Positions 30,844 to 40,520 of a stretch of DNA of 64,000 nucleotides are shown in pieces. The translations under genes were made by a program, and so were the position numbers. A model generated the notes under the pieces. It was not told the DNA's origin. It saw nothing but the letters and a program-made list of their open reading frames with translations, and did not search any database. This DNA is from an uncultured Pelagibacteraceae bacterium. GTDB lineage: Bacteria > Pseudomonadota > Alphaproteobacteria > Pelagibacterales > Pelagibacteraceae. Location: the NCBI GenBank assembly GCA_902621345.1, contig CACNLV010000002.1:32320-96319 (forward strand), read 5' to 3'. Every line of letters begins with the position of its first letter. Within the stretch, counting starts at the first letter, position 1.

Positions 30844-32075
30844 AATTAAAAAAAGGTATACCATTAATTGATCAGGGAAATAGTCTCGGTTTTTGGGGAG
30901 GTAAATTTGGGGGCAACTTTGTTCCTGAGACCTTAAAAAAACCAATAGAGGATCTAGAGATTCTATTTAACAAACTAAAAAAAAATAAAAAATTTATTGC
31001 TGAAAGGGATAAATATTTTAAGAATTGGATCGGAACTCCTACTCGTTTTATAAAATTAGAAAATTTAACAAAGCATGTTGGAGGAGCCCAAATTTGGTCC
31101 AAAGTTGTATCAGATGCAAACGGTGGTGCACACAAAATCTACAACGCAACAGTTCACTGTCTACTAGCAAAACGTTCTGGTAAAAAAATTATATGCGGAG
31201 ATACAGGCGCTGGATATGCGGGTAAAATGCTAAGTATGGCAGCAAAAAAATTTGGCCTAAAGTGTAAAATTTTTATGGGGGCAAAAGATATTAAGAGGCA
31301 ACAGCCAAATGTAAGGGCCATGAAAAAAAATGGTGCTAAAGTCATACCTGTTTATTCAGGAAGTCAAACTCTTGTTGATGCTGTTTCCGAGTGTATGCGT
31401 TTTTGGGTTGCAAATTGTGATACTACAGCTATGTGTGTTGGAAGTACTGTAGGTCCAGCTGTTTTTGTTCGTATCTGTGGATGGAGCACTAGTCAAATAT
31501 CTAGAGAGTTAAAAGTTCAATTGATAGAGGAGTTTGGTTCAATTCCAAAAAAACTTAAGCTTTATAATTGTGTAGGCGGTGGTAGTTCAAGTTTTGGTTT
31601 TTGGAATGAATTTATGGATTATGACAAAAAACAATGTGAATTTATTGGAGTTGAGGCTGGTGGGCCTGCAAAAAGTAAAAGACACGCTGCACCTCTTACT
31701 TACGGTTCAAAAATTGGAATCCTACATGGGGCAGCTCAATACGTAAATCAGAATTCAGATGGACAAATAGAAGAAACAGAGTCTATTTCGGCAGGACTTG
31801 ACTATCCAGGGATTTCACCACTTCATTGTTTTCTTAAAGATACAAAAAGAGCAAGATATACAGCTGCTAGCGATGAGGAAGCATTAAAAGCTTATAAGCT
31901 TGTAACTAAATATGAAAAATTAAGACCATCTTTAGAACCAAGTCACGCATTTTCTGTTGCAGTTAGAGAAGCAAAAAAAATGAGCAAGAATACAATTGTT
32001 GTGGTTAATAGTTGTGGTGATGCTTATAAAGATAAAAACATTTTAAGAAATAGACTTGGAAAAAAATATGCTTAA
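30840..32075 (+). CDS. trpB: Tryptophan synthase beta chain
   Basis: GGKFGGNFVPETL N-terminus, PLP-Lys region GGAHKI, and GGGSS. Confidence 0.95.
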   Translation: MKLKKGIPLIDQGNSLGFWGGKFGGNFVPETLKKPIEDLEILFNKLKKNKKFIAERDKYFKNWIGTPTRFIKLENLTKHVGGAQIWSKVVSDANGGAHKIYNATVHCLLAKRSGKKIICGDTGAGYAGKMLSMAAKKFGLKCKIFMGAKDIKRQQPNVRAMKKNGAKVIPVYSGSQTLVDAVSECMRFWVANCDTTAMCVGSTVGPAVFVRICGWSTSQISRELKVQLIEEFGSIPKKLKLYNCVGGGSSSFGFWNEFMDYDKKQCEFIGVEAGGPAKSKRHAAPLTYGSKIGILHGAAQYVNQNSDGQIEETESISAGLDYPGISPLHCFLKDTKRARYTAASDEEALKAYKLVTKYEKLRPSLEPSHAFSVAVREAKKMSKNTIVVVNSCGDAYKDKNILRNRLGKKYA

Positions 32076-32868
32076 CCCAATTGATCTTGCTTTTAAAAAA
32101 GCTAAAAATGAAAATAGACCAGCTCTTCTAACTTATACTGTGGCAGGTGATAGTACCAAAAACCAATCTTTAATTATACTTAATGCTATATCGAAACATG
32201 TGGATATTTTAGAATTAGGAGTTCCACATAACACACCAGTTGCAGATGGAAGCCAAATACAAACTAGTGCATACAGAGCCATAAAAAACGGAATTAAGAT
32301 AGAGGATATTTTTTGGATAGTAAAAAAATATAAGAAAAATAAAAATTCTAAACCTATTATTTTAATGGGTTACTATAATATGATATTTCAATATGGAGAA
32401 AAAAAATTTTTAGAAAAATGTAAAAGAGTTGGAGTTAATGGCTTAATAATTGTCGACTTACCTTGGCCAGAAAATAAATCTTTTATAAAAAAATGTCAAA
32501 AAAAATCAATTTATTTAATTCAACTTTTATCACCTACTACTTCAAAGGTAAGACTTAATAAAATAATTAGAGACTCTCATTCTATGAACTATTTCATATC
32601 AATGCTATCTACTACGGGTGGTAAATTAAAAGTATCCTCCAAAAAGATTATGTCAAATTACTTTAAAATTAAAAAAATAAATCCAAAAAAAAATGTTGTA
32701 ATAGGTTTTGGAATTACGGAAAAATCTATTAAATCGTTAAAAAAAGCCGATGGATTGGTGGTAGGAAGTGCAATTTGTAAGGAAATTTCTGTTTCAATTC
32801 AAAAAAGACAAAATCCTGTCACAAATGTTGCTAATTTAGTGAAAAAGCTTAAATATAAAATTTTATGA
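32056..32868 (+). CDS. trpA: Tryptophan synthase alpha chain
   Basis: ILELGVPHNTPVADG (E...D catalytic region) and GFGI motifs. The start could instead be the Met at 32068. Confidence 0.9.
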   Translation: MEKNMLNPIDLAFKKAKNENRPALLTYTVAGDSTKNQSLIILNAISKHVDILELGVPHNTPVADGSQIQTSAYRAIKNGIKIEDIFWIVKKYKKNKNSKPIILMGYYNMIFQYGEKKFLEKCKRVGVNGLIIVDLPWPENKSFIKKCQKKSIYLIQLLSPTTSKVRLNKIIRDSHSMNYFISMLSTTGGKLKVSSKKIMSNYFKIKKINPKKNVVIGFGITEKSIKSLKKADGLVVGSAICKEISVSIQKRQNPVTNVANLVKKLKYKIL

Positions 32869-33800
32869 ACTGGATTACCAAAATAATTAAGGCTGGAGAA
32901 AAGATTAAGTCCGCTCTTCACAAAAGAGCCACGAAAGAAGATATAGCCAATAGTGAATGGACATCGTGTTGTAAAGGCCCGATCTTAAAAAAAGATCTTG
33001 AAAAAAACTTGTGGGTGTGTCCTGAGCCTGAGTGTAATAAACATCATAGAATTACCCCAAAACAAAGATTTGACATTCTTTTTGGTGAAAAGAATTATGA
33101 AATTTTCAAAACACCAATTCCTAAAGATGATCCTCTTAACTGGACTGACTCAAAATCTTATAAAGATAGACTAAAGAATGCTAGAAAAAAAACAGGTATG
33201 GATTGTGGAATGATGGTTGTCTGCGGAAAAATTAATGATATTAAAATTACTGCTGTTGCATCTGACTTTGACTTTTTAGGAGCATCGGTGGCGGCTGCTG
33301 AAGGTGAGGCCTTTTTATATGGTATTCAATATGCAATTGAAAATAAAACTCCTTTTTTGTGTGTTAGTGCTGGTGGAGGAATGAGGATGATGGAAAGTTT
33401 GATTTCTCTATCCCAAATGACAAGAACAACTTTAGCGATTAATGAATTAAAAAAAAACAATCTACCGTACATTGTTTGTATCACTGATCCAACAGCCGGA
33501 GGCATTACTGCATCCTACGCTATGTTAGGTGATATACATATAGCTGAACCAGGTGCTTTGATTGCATTTGCTGGTGCAAGGGTAATTCAGGGCACAGTTA
33601 ACGAAGAACTTCCTGAAGGTTTTCAAAAAAGTGAATATGTTGAAAAAACTGGATTTGTAGACCTGATTGTTGATAGAAAAGATCTATCTAAAAAAATTGG
33701 AACTTTATTATCAATATTGTTAAAGAAAAATTCTGCTATAAATTCTGAAGAAAATGAAACTTCTGAGGACACTCAATCGCTTACAAAAGTTGCATCCTAA
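32865..33800 (+). CDS. accD: Acetyl-CoA carboxylase carboxyltransferase beta subunit
   Basis: N-terminal C4 zinc ribbon (CxxC...CPEPEC), and the carboxyltransferase core SAGGGMRMMES and TDPTAGG. Confidence 0.93.
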   Translation: MNWITKIIKAGEKIKSALHKRATKEDIANSEWTSCCKGPILKKDLEKNLWVCPEPECNKHHRITPKQRFDILFGEKNYEIFKTPIPKDDPLNWTDSKSYKDRLKNARKKTGMDCGMMVVCGKINDIKITAVASDFDFLGASVAAAEGEAFLYGIQYAIENKTPFLCVSAGGGMRMMESLISLSQMTRTTLAINELKKNNLPYIVCITDPTAGGITASYAMLGDIHIAEPGALIAFAGARVIQGTVNEELPEGFQKSEYVEKTGFVDLIVDRKDLSKKIGTLLSILLKKNSAINSEENETSEDTQSLTKVAS

Positions 33801-35022
33801 AGAAATTGATCTTAGCTTAGATCGAATAAAAAATCTTTGCAAAAAATTGGGAAACCCACAAGATGAAATAAAGTGTATACAAGTCTGTGGAACTAATGGG
33901 AAAGGTAGTACAATTTCTTTTTTAAGATCTATACTTAGAGAAGCAAATATTAAATGTAATGTATACACCTCTCCTCATGTAAAGAGTATTAATGAGAGAT
34001 TTGTTTATAATGACGAAATGATCAGTGATAATGATTTATCTGATTTACTATCCAAAATTGAGGAAGTAAACAATAATCAACCTTTAACATATTTTGAAGC
34101 TCTCACAGCTGCATTTTTTTACGGATGCAAAAAGTATAAAGAAAATCTTGTGATTGCAGAATTTGGCTTATTTGGAAGAGGGGATGCTGTAAATATTCTA
34201 AAAAAAAATCTTTGTAATATTGTTACATCATGTAGTGAGGATCATTTGGACTGGCTTCCAGAAAATGACAGAACTATTGAAAGAATAATTTTTGAAAAAA
34301 CTTCCTCTTTACTAAATTCAAATATAGTAGTTGCTAAGCAAAATTCTAATGAAATTGTAGAATGTATTAAGAAAAATATATCTGAGAATAATGCAAATAA
34401 ATATTTTTTTAATGAAAATTACAATTTTGTATTAAAGGAAAATAATTTCTTTTATTATAAAGATAAATATGGTGGTTTAAAAATTCCTAAACCCAATTTA
34501 AACGGACAATTTCAACTTGAGAATGCTTCTACAGCAATTGCAACATTAAGAATTTTAGAAGATATAAAAATTAAGGACCAACACATAATAAATGGAGTTC
34601 AAAAAGCATCCCATATTGCTAGACTTGAGGAAATTAAATCTGGTAAACTAAAAAACTTAGTGAAAAATAATAAACTAATTCTTGATTCTTCACATAATCC
34701 TGGTGGATCAAAAGTTCTTAATGAATATCTTCAGACTTTAGATTGTAACAAACATGTTATTATAGGAATGATGGCTAATAAAAATCACGAAGAATACATA
34801 AGTTATTTTAAAAATATTTCATCTTTGACTACAGTTGATATACCAAATCAACCTAATGCAATAAGTGGAAAAGAATTAAAAGAAAAATTTAAGGATATAC
34901 CTAATGTTAATTATAAAGAGAGTATCCAAAAAGCTATTCGATCAATAAACTTAAAAGAGAACGATTTGCTTTTAATTACTGGTTCATTGTATTTAAGTGG
35001 AGAATTTTTAAATATTAATTAA
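33754..35022 (+). CDS. folC: Dihydrofolate synthase / folylpolyglutamate synthase
   Basis: Mur-ligase P-loop GTNGKGST. accD-folC synteny, with a 47-nt overlap with accD. Confidence 0.9.
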   Translation: MKLLRTLNRLQKLHPKEIDLSLDRIKNLCKKLGNPQDEIKCIQVCGTNGKGSTISFLRSILREANIKCNVYTSPHVKSINERFVYNDEMISDNDLSDLLSKIEEVNNNQPLTYFEALTAAFFYGCKKYKENLVIAEFGLFGRGDAVNILKKNLCNIVTSCSEDHLDWLPENDRTIERIIFEKTSSLLNSNIVVAKQNSNEIVECIKKNISENNANKYFFNENYNFVLKENNFFYYKDKYGGLKIPKPNLNGQFQLENASTAIATLRILEDIKIKDQHIINGVQKASHIARLEEIKSGKLKNLVKNNKLILDSSHNPGGSKVLNEYLQTLDCNKHVIIGMMANKNHEEYISYFKNISSLTTVDIPNQPNAISGKELKEKFKDIPNVNYKESIQKAIRSINLKENDLLLITGSLYLSGEFLNIN

Positions 35023-35336
35023 ATATTTTTTTCCAAAAATTCTTTCATGTTACTTTCTGGGACCCCACCAACTTTTCTGTCAACCTCAACACCTTTTTTA
35101 TAAATTATAACAGTTGGTACACCTCTTATCCCTGCAGCACTTCCTGTATTTATGCCTCCATCTTCAATATCAGCATAATAAAAACCAGCTTTATCCTTAT
35201 ACTCAACTGCTAACTTATCCATTATTGGTTTCAATGTCTTACAAGGACCACACCAAGCTGCTGAAAATTGAATTACAGATACATCCTCACTTTTGATTTT
35301 ACTTTCAAAATCTTCATCTTTGAAATCTATAAGCAT
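35019..35336 (-). CDS. trxA: Thioredoxin
   Basis: WCGPC active site. Length is 105 aa. Confidence 0.95.
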   Translation of the reverse strand: MLIDFKDEDFESKIKSEDVSVIQFSAAWCGPCKTLKPIMDKLAVEYKDKAGFYYADIEDGGINTGSAAGIRGVPTVIIYKKGVEVDRKVGGVPESNMKEFLEKNI

Positions 35337-35370
35337 GTTAAGGGTTTATAATTATTAATTTTAAAGTCAA

Positions 35371-36807
35371 CTACGTAAATTCATACTTTTTTTCAATTGA
35401 CATAATAAATTGGTTAATTTCATCCAATTTTTTTAATTCAACTTCATCATCTCTATTTGATGCTTGATCTCTTAAATAATCAATTTCAGTATAAGCCATA
35501 TTAATTGTTTGCCATTTTTCTTTGTTTTTACTTAAAATTCTTCTGGCAATTTCACTTTTAATATTTTTGTATAAGTCAGGTGGTAAGATTTGGGGTGCTT
35601 CTTGATAAATTATTTTTTGACCGAACCAACTACATCTTTTGTCCGTAAACTTGTCTAGTAATCTTAACTTATCCTCCCACGAGGAGCTGTGCCAAGTTTT
35701 AAATAATGCAGTATCTTTATTTGGAATAAATTTTTCATATAAAGTTTCTTCTGGTAATAAGTCTTCCTGAGTTTTGGTTTGTGCTTTTTCTTCAGCTGCT
35801 TCTCTGTGAATAATCTGAATATTTTTACAAAAATTTTCATTTTCCCTAACGAGTTTAGCTCTTTTTTGAATAATTGCTAAATCTAAGTCTAAGTAAGGCT
35901 TTTGTTTTAAAGCATACTCTTTACTCATAACTACTGGAGCTTTATTTGTTTTTAGAACCCTAAGTGCTTTAGGACTAAATTTTTTCAAAATATCTCTCAA
36001 TTGATTGACAGATAAATTTAAAAATGGTTCGGGATCTCTTCTTAGATCCCAAAGATATCCCCATGATGCGTATGAAGGATGAAAAGAATGCTTCGGGTGT
36101 AAGGTGCAAGCAAGGTACATCATATTTCTACCCTTAACATTTTCAAATATTGAATATATGCCATCATTTGTAAGTAATGTCTCCACACTTGTCTTTGTTG
36201 AAGTTTTTAGAAAAGTATCCCAATTATCTTTATGTTTATCTCTTATAATTCTAAGGACTTTTAATGAAGTATACGCATCGTGAAAAGCCGTGTGTTGTTG
36301 AGATGTATCAAATCCTTGCATTCTAGCTAATGCTTCTAAGGCTAGACTTGGGTTTCCAGCTTCAGTCAATTCTGTTTTCAAGGTTTCTGGGTTTAAAGTT
36401 TGTGCTGCCCTTGCTATATGCAAACCATCATGTTCTTGATTTGGTGAAGAGTGAGTAAGATAAGGATATCTATTTCCTTTAAAGAAATTAAAATGAAACA
36501 TTCTTCTATCAAAATTTAGGTTTGACCAACCCATAAACATTGCAGGACCAGCCTTTGAAAAAAAATTTTCTACTGCACCTAAAAATTCATAATGTGAATA
36601 ATTGCCTTTAGTTAGTAGATCAATACTTGTTGAATTAACAAGTAATGCCTTTGCACTTGGCACCTCTCCTTCTGGCATTCTGCCTCTAATATTAAGTTTT
36701 CCAATTTCTTTTAAATTTCTATCAACTACGACTGCTCCAACCTCAATTATTGAACCCCAGATTGTGCTATTAGTTGTTTCTGTATCGTAAATTACTATTT
36801 TATCCAT
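35371..36807 (-). CDS. sbcB: Exodeoxyribonuclease I-like DEDDh exonuclease
   Basis: N-terminal Exo motif YDTET, WSNLNFDRRMF (compare E. coli YNNVRFDDEV, from memory), HDAYTS (the H-x4-D motif) and a long helical C-terminal domain. The 478 aa length matches ExoI. Confidence 0.82.
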   Translation of the reverse strand: MDKIVIYDTETTNSTIWGSIIEVGAVVVDRNLKEIGKLNIRGRMPEGEVPSAKALLVNSTSIDLLTKGNYSHYEFLGAVENFFSKAGPAMFMGWSNLNFDRRMFHFNFFKGNRYPYLTHSSPNQEHDGLHIARAAQTLNPETLKTELTEAGNPSLALEALARMQGFDTSQQHTAFHDAYTSLKVLRIIRDKHKDNWDTFLKTSTKTSVETLLTNDGIYSIFENVKGRNMMYLACTLHPKHSFHPSYASWGYLWDLRRDPEPFLNLSVNQLRDILKKFSPKALRVLKTNKAPVVMSKEYALKQKPYLDLDLAIIQKRAKLVRENENFCKNIQIIHREAAEEKAQTKTQEDLLPEETLYEKFIPNKDTALFKTWHSSSWEDKLRLLDKFTDKRCSWFGQKIIYQEAPQILPPDLYKNIKSEIARRILSKNKEKWQTINMAYTEIDYLRDQASNRDDEVELKKLDEINQFIMSIEKKYEFT

Positions 36808-36809
36808 TT

Positions 36810-37580
36810 TTAAAATTCATTTAAATTTGAAAGTTCATGAAATTTTTTTAATCTTCCTAAAAACAAATTTTGATAGGTAATTAATTCAGTTCCTTGAATT
36901 TTAAATTCTTGAAACAAATTATCCACTGTACAAACAAGTATAACACAAGCATTGATATTAGAATTATAAACTACATTATGAGCTAATGAGTAGGCTGCGG
37001 TTTGTAGTAGCCAAGAATCTATATACTCTACTTTTTTTGGTTTATTAGATTGTTTAAAGTCAATTATGGTTTCCTTGCCCTCATATAGTCCAACACAATC
37101 TGCGGTGCCCGCAAACTTTTCAGGGTAATACATGGTGCACTCAACCCCATAGATTTCCTCTAACCTGTTTGTTAATCCTCTATCAATAATTTCTTTCGCC
37201 ATTTTTTTATATTGTTCATTATCCTCAAAAAAACTCAAATTTTCTCTTCCTAAAAGATAAGACTCTAAATAACTATGCATTTGAGATCCTCTACTACTAG
37301 CCGCCTTAGTAATTGCCTCTGCTTCTTTATAGCCAGTTCTTTCTCGCCAATTTGCTAATGCCGCTTTATCTTCCTCAGATTTTGTTGCATCAAGAATTGA
37401 TGTTACACTTGGTAATTTTGTTTCTCCTAAAACATATCTTCTTATTCCATCTTCTGTTGCTCTTGATGATGTAGGGTAATTGTATTTCTTATTCCAACGC
37501 ATGTGATTTCTTATAGTCGGTAATATGTGAAAAAAGAAATTATTTTTTGAGCTGTTTATTTCTTTCAACAAATTTCTCAA
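36810..37580 (-). CDS. PD-(D/E)XK nuclease, MGME1-like
   Basis: LPSVTSIL, GSQMHSYLESYL, DCVGLYEGKETIIDFKQSNKPK (D...D-x-K core) and LLQTAAY. The start may be the internal Met at 37502, which would remove the 41-nt overlap with rmuC. Confidence 0.7.
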   Translation of the reverse strand: MRNLLKEINSSKNNFFFHILPTIRNHMRWNKKYNYPTSSRATEDGIRRYVLGETKLPSVTSILDATKSEEDKAALANWRERTGYKEAEAITKAASSRGSQMHSYLESYLLGRENLSFFEDNEQYKKMAKEIIDRGLTNRLEEIYGVECTMYYPEKFAGTADCVGLYEGKETIIDFKQSNKPKKVEYIDSWLLQTAAYSLAHNVVYNSNINACVILVCTVDNLFQEFKIQGTELITYQNLFLGRLKKFHELSNLNEF

Positions 37581-38631
37581 CGTTCTCTGTTAGTACAGCC
37601 TTTTCAACTTGCTCGGGATCTTTAATATTTTCTAAAGTTCTAGTAATTGATCTTGCATCTTTTCCAAAACTATCAACAACTGTCATGGCCTCTTCAAGTT
37701 TTTTTCTTAATTTATAAATATTATCAAAATGACTAGAAAATCTCGTACTTATAGTTTTTAGATGATCATAAATCTCTGTTGCGTGTTTTGAAATTTTGAG
37801 AGATTGAAATCCCATGTGTAAAGACTGTAAATAAGCTGATAAAGTATTAGGGCCACAAATTACTATTTTATATTTTTTCATTAATTCTTGAGTTAATAAC
37901 TCTTTAGTGCTTGGGTCTTGGTACTCAGTTAACTCTTTATAAAGACTTTCAGTAGGAGCATATACTATTGCAAAATTTGACGTTTTTGGAGGAACGATAT
38001 ATTTCTCCATGACACTTTTTGCTTTGGCCTTAAATGCGCTTGCTAATTTTGTTCTAGCATCTGCAACTGCTTTTTTATTATCTGCCTCATGCGCATCTGT
38101 AATTGCCTTAAATTTTTCTATTGGAAAATGAGAGTCTACCGGAACCAAAACATCTCCTTGAAGCTTGATTGCAAATTCCACATTTTCACTGGTATCTTCT
38201 TTCATTTTGACATTGGTCATATATTGAGACGCAGGTAATAAATCTTTAATTAAAGCATCCAAAGAATATTCAGCTAAAGTTCCATACTTTTTAACCCCTG
38301 CTAAAATTTTAGTAATCCCCTCTTGGCTATGATTTAATAATTTAACTTGTTCGTTAAAATTCCCAACCTTCTCATCAACTTTAGTAAGTGCCTCGGTCAT
38401 GTCCTTTGTAACCCCAGTTGATAAAGAGTTAAATGATGTAGACATCGAACTTAGAGATGTATTGATTGTAGAGTTTAAACTATCTTTTAATCTAATAATT
38501 TCCGCATTTAAATTTGCTATTTCATTAGTCTCATCAGCTCCGTTCTCTTTCTTGGACTTTATATTTAAATACAAAATAGCCAAGATTGCTCCAAACATTA
38601 AAATCAAAATTATTAATAAAATTGTGTCCAT
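37540..38631 (-). CDS. rmuC: DNA recombination protein RmuC
   Basis: N-terminal TM helix, a coiled coil, and the RmuC domain (DSHFPIEKF, VYAPTESLY, VICGPNTL). Confidence 0.85.
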   Translation of the reverse strand: MDTILLIILILMFGAILAILYLNIKSKKENGADETNEIANLNAEIIRLKDSLNSTINTSLSSMSTSFNSLSTGVTKDMTEALTKVDEKVGNFNEQVKLLNHSQEGITKILAGVKKYGTLAEYSLDALIKDLLPASQYMTNVKMKEDTSENVEFAIKLQGDVLVPVDSHFPIEKFKAITDAHEADNKKAVADARTKLASAFKAKAKSVMEKYIVPPKTSNFAIVYAPTESLYKELTEYQDPSTKELLTQELMKKYKIVICGPNTLSAYLQSLHMGFQSLKISKHATEIYDHLKTISTRFSSHFDNIYKLRKKLEEAMTVVDSFGKDARSITRTLENIKDPEQVEKAVLTENVEKFVERNKQLKK

Positions 38632-38778
38632 GATTCGTAACTTGTATTATAAGGGATTTTTATGGAATTATATCTTATTTTGAAAATTATTTTTGGAATA
38701 GGGTTTCTAATAGCTGCTTATGCAATAATAAGAAATTTAGATATCATCAAAATTATTCTCATATACTTTAAAGATAAA

Positions 38779-39468
38779 TTACTTAGAAAGTAATTTAACA
38801 AAGTTTTTTAAACCTTTTTTTTTACTATTTTTTTTTGAAGTAAAAATACAAGCTTGAGATTTTAATATTTTTCCATCCTTCAAAACACGCAAATTATTTG
38901 CCTTTAGTGTTTCACCTGTTGAAGTTATATCGGTAATTAATTCAGCCGAACCAGTAAAAGGGTATGCCTCTGTTGCTCCTAAACTATCAACTAATTTAAA
39001 TTGGGTAACACCTTTAGAAAATAAAAAATCTCTAGTTAAATTTGGGTACTTAGTTGCAACTCTCAATCTTTTTTTCTTTTTATCTCTGAATTCAAAGGCG
39101 ATTTCCTCTAAGTCAGCTATGGTTTGCACATCAATCCAAGGATCAGGGATTGCAACAACTAAATCTGCATTTCCAAAATTAAGTTTTGACATTATATTTA
39201 TTTTGTTCTGAGTATTAACAGCACTTTCTTTGAATAAATCAAAACCAGAAAATCCAATATCTAAAGAGCCGTCTCCTAATCTTTCAAGAATTTCTCTTGC
39301 ATGTAAATATAAAATCTTGATATTTAATTTATTTTTAATTGATCCAATCAAATCTCTTTCTCCTCGTTCAGAAATAAGCTTTAACTTTTTTTTATAAAAA
39401 ATTTTTAAAACATCTTTTTTTAATCTTCCCTTGCTAGGTATTCCTATGTTTATAAAATTATTCATCAC
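38779..39468 (-). CDS. hisG: ATP phosphoribosyltransferase, short form
   Basis: IGIPSKGRL N-terminus and DLVVAIPDPWID-type motifs. At 229 aa it lacks the C-terminal regulatory domain. Adjacent to hisZ. Confidence 0.92.
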   Translation of the reverse strand: MMNNFINIGIPSKGRLKKDVLKIFYKKKLKLISERGERDLIGSIKNKLNIKILYLHAREILERLGDGSLDIGFSGFDLFKESAVNTQNKINIMSKLNFGNADLVVAIPDPWIDVQTIADLEEIAFEFRDKKKKRLRVATKYPNLTRDFLFSKGVTQFKLVDSLGATEAYPFTGSAELITDITSTGETLKANNLRVLKDGKILKSQACIFTSKKNSKKKGLKNFVKLLSK

Positions 39469-40520
39469 TAAAAATTTAGATTAAGCGCAGCTCCAACTGC
39501 TGGTATTTGTTTTTTTGAACCAAGATCAGAAATTAGTTTGTCATAACGGCCACCATTACAACAATTAGCAATCTTTGACTTTGATTTAATATCGATTTTA
39601 AAAACCATTCCTGTATAATATTCCAGTTGCCGACCAAAGGCACTGGAGAAAACTACATTTAATTTGGATATTTTATTTTTTGAGATTGGGAAATATTTCT
39701 GATCGACGACAAGATTTATTCTGTTTTTCTTGAAAAATTTATTCAACTGACTCGCAGCTTTATTAATCGGACATTTAATTTTCAAAAATTCTTTAATAAT
39801 CTTTGAAACATTTTTTCCTCTGCTTGCTCTCCTTGGGTCCTTAATTTTTTTATCAAATCTTTCTAAAATTTCTTTAATAGTTCTACCTGCAACAATAGAT
39901 ATTTGGTCATCCTTTAACATTTTTAAATATCGTTTTTTATCAACTTCAACAATAGTTGGATCTACATCGGAATTAGTCTCTAATCTTTTTAATAAATCAC
40001 TGAAATAATCTTCTCTCCAAAAATGTCTTGTAAGTCTTAATTTCCATCTTTTTGGTATATCTAATTTAGATATTAGAAGATTAAAAATCTCCACATTACC
40101 AATAGTGAGAGTGCCTGTAGAATATTTTAGATCTTTGAGTGATTTAAGAGACGTATTTATTATTTCTTTGTCATCATTTTTTTCATCTTTTGATCCTATA
40201 ATCTCAAAGCCAACTTGATTTCTTATTATAGAGTCTTTTTTATTTTGAGATTTTCTGTAAGCCTGTCCACTATAAAATATTTTTTCTTTCCCCTTTAAAT
40301 TTTTTTCTAAATATCTTAGACAAGAGACGATTGTAAGATCCGGTCTTAGACATAATTCATTACCTGACTGATCTGTAAATGAAAAAATAAATTTCCTAAA
40401 ACTCTCACCTGATCGCTGCACTATATGATTTGTTTCAATAACAGAAGGTAATTCAATATATTTAAATCCTTTAGATTTTACCGATTTAAGAATTTTGTCA
40501 GATAAATTTTTTGATCTCAT
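39468..40520 (-). CDS. hisZ: ATP phosphoribosyltransferase regulatory subunit
   Basis: Paralogous to the HisRS catalytic core (LRPDLT, GGRYD) but with no anticodon-binding domain. Lies between hisS and hisG. Confidence 0.85.
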   Translation of the reverse strand: MRSKNLSDKILKSVKSKGFKYIELPSVIETNHIVQRSGESFRKFIFSFTDQSGNELCLRPDLTIVSCLRYLEKNLKGKEKIFYSGQAYRKSQNKKDSIIRNQVGFEIIGSKDEKNDDKEIINTSLKSLKDLKYSTGTLTIGNVEIFNLLISKLDIPKRWKLRLTRHFWREDYFSDLLKRLETNSDVDPTIVEVDKKRYLKMLKDDQISIVAGRTIKEILERFDKKIKDPRRASRGKNVSKIIKEFLKIKCPINKAASQLNKFFKKNRINLVVDQKYFPISKNKISKLNVVFSSAFGRQLEYYTGMVFKIDIKSKSKIANCCNGGRYDKLISDLGSKKQIPAVGAALNLNF

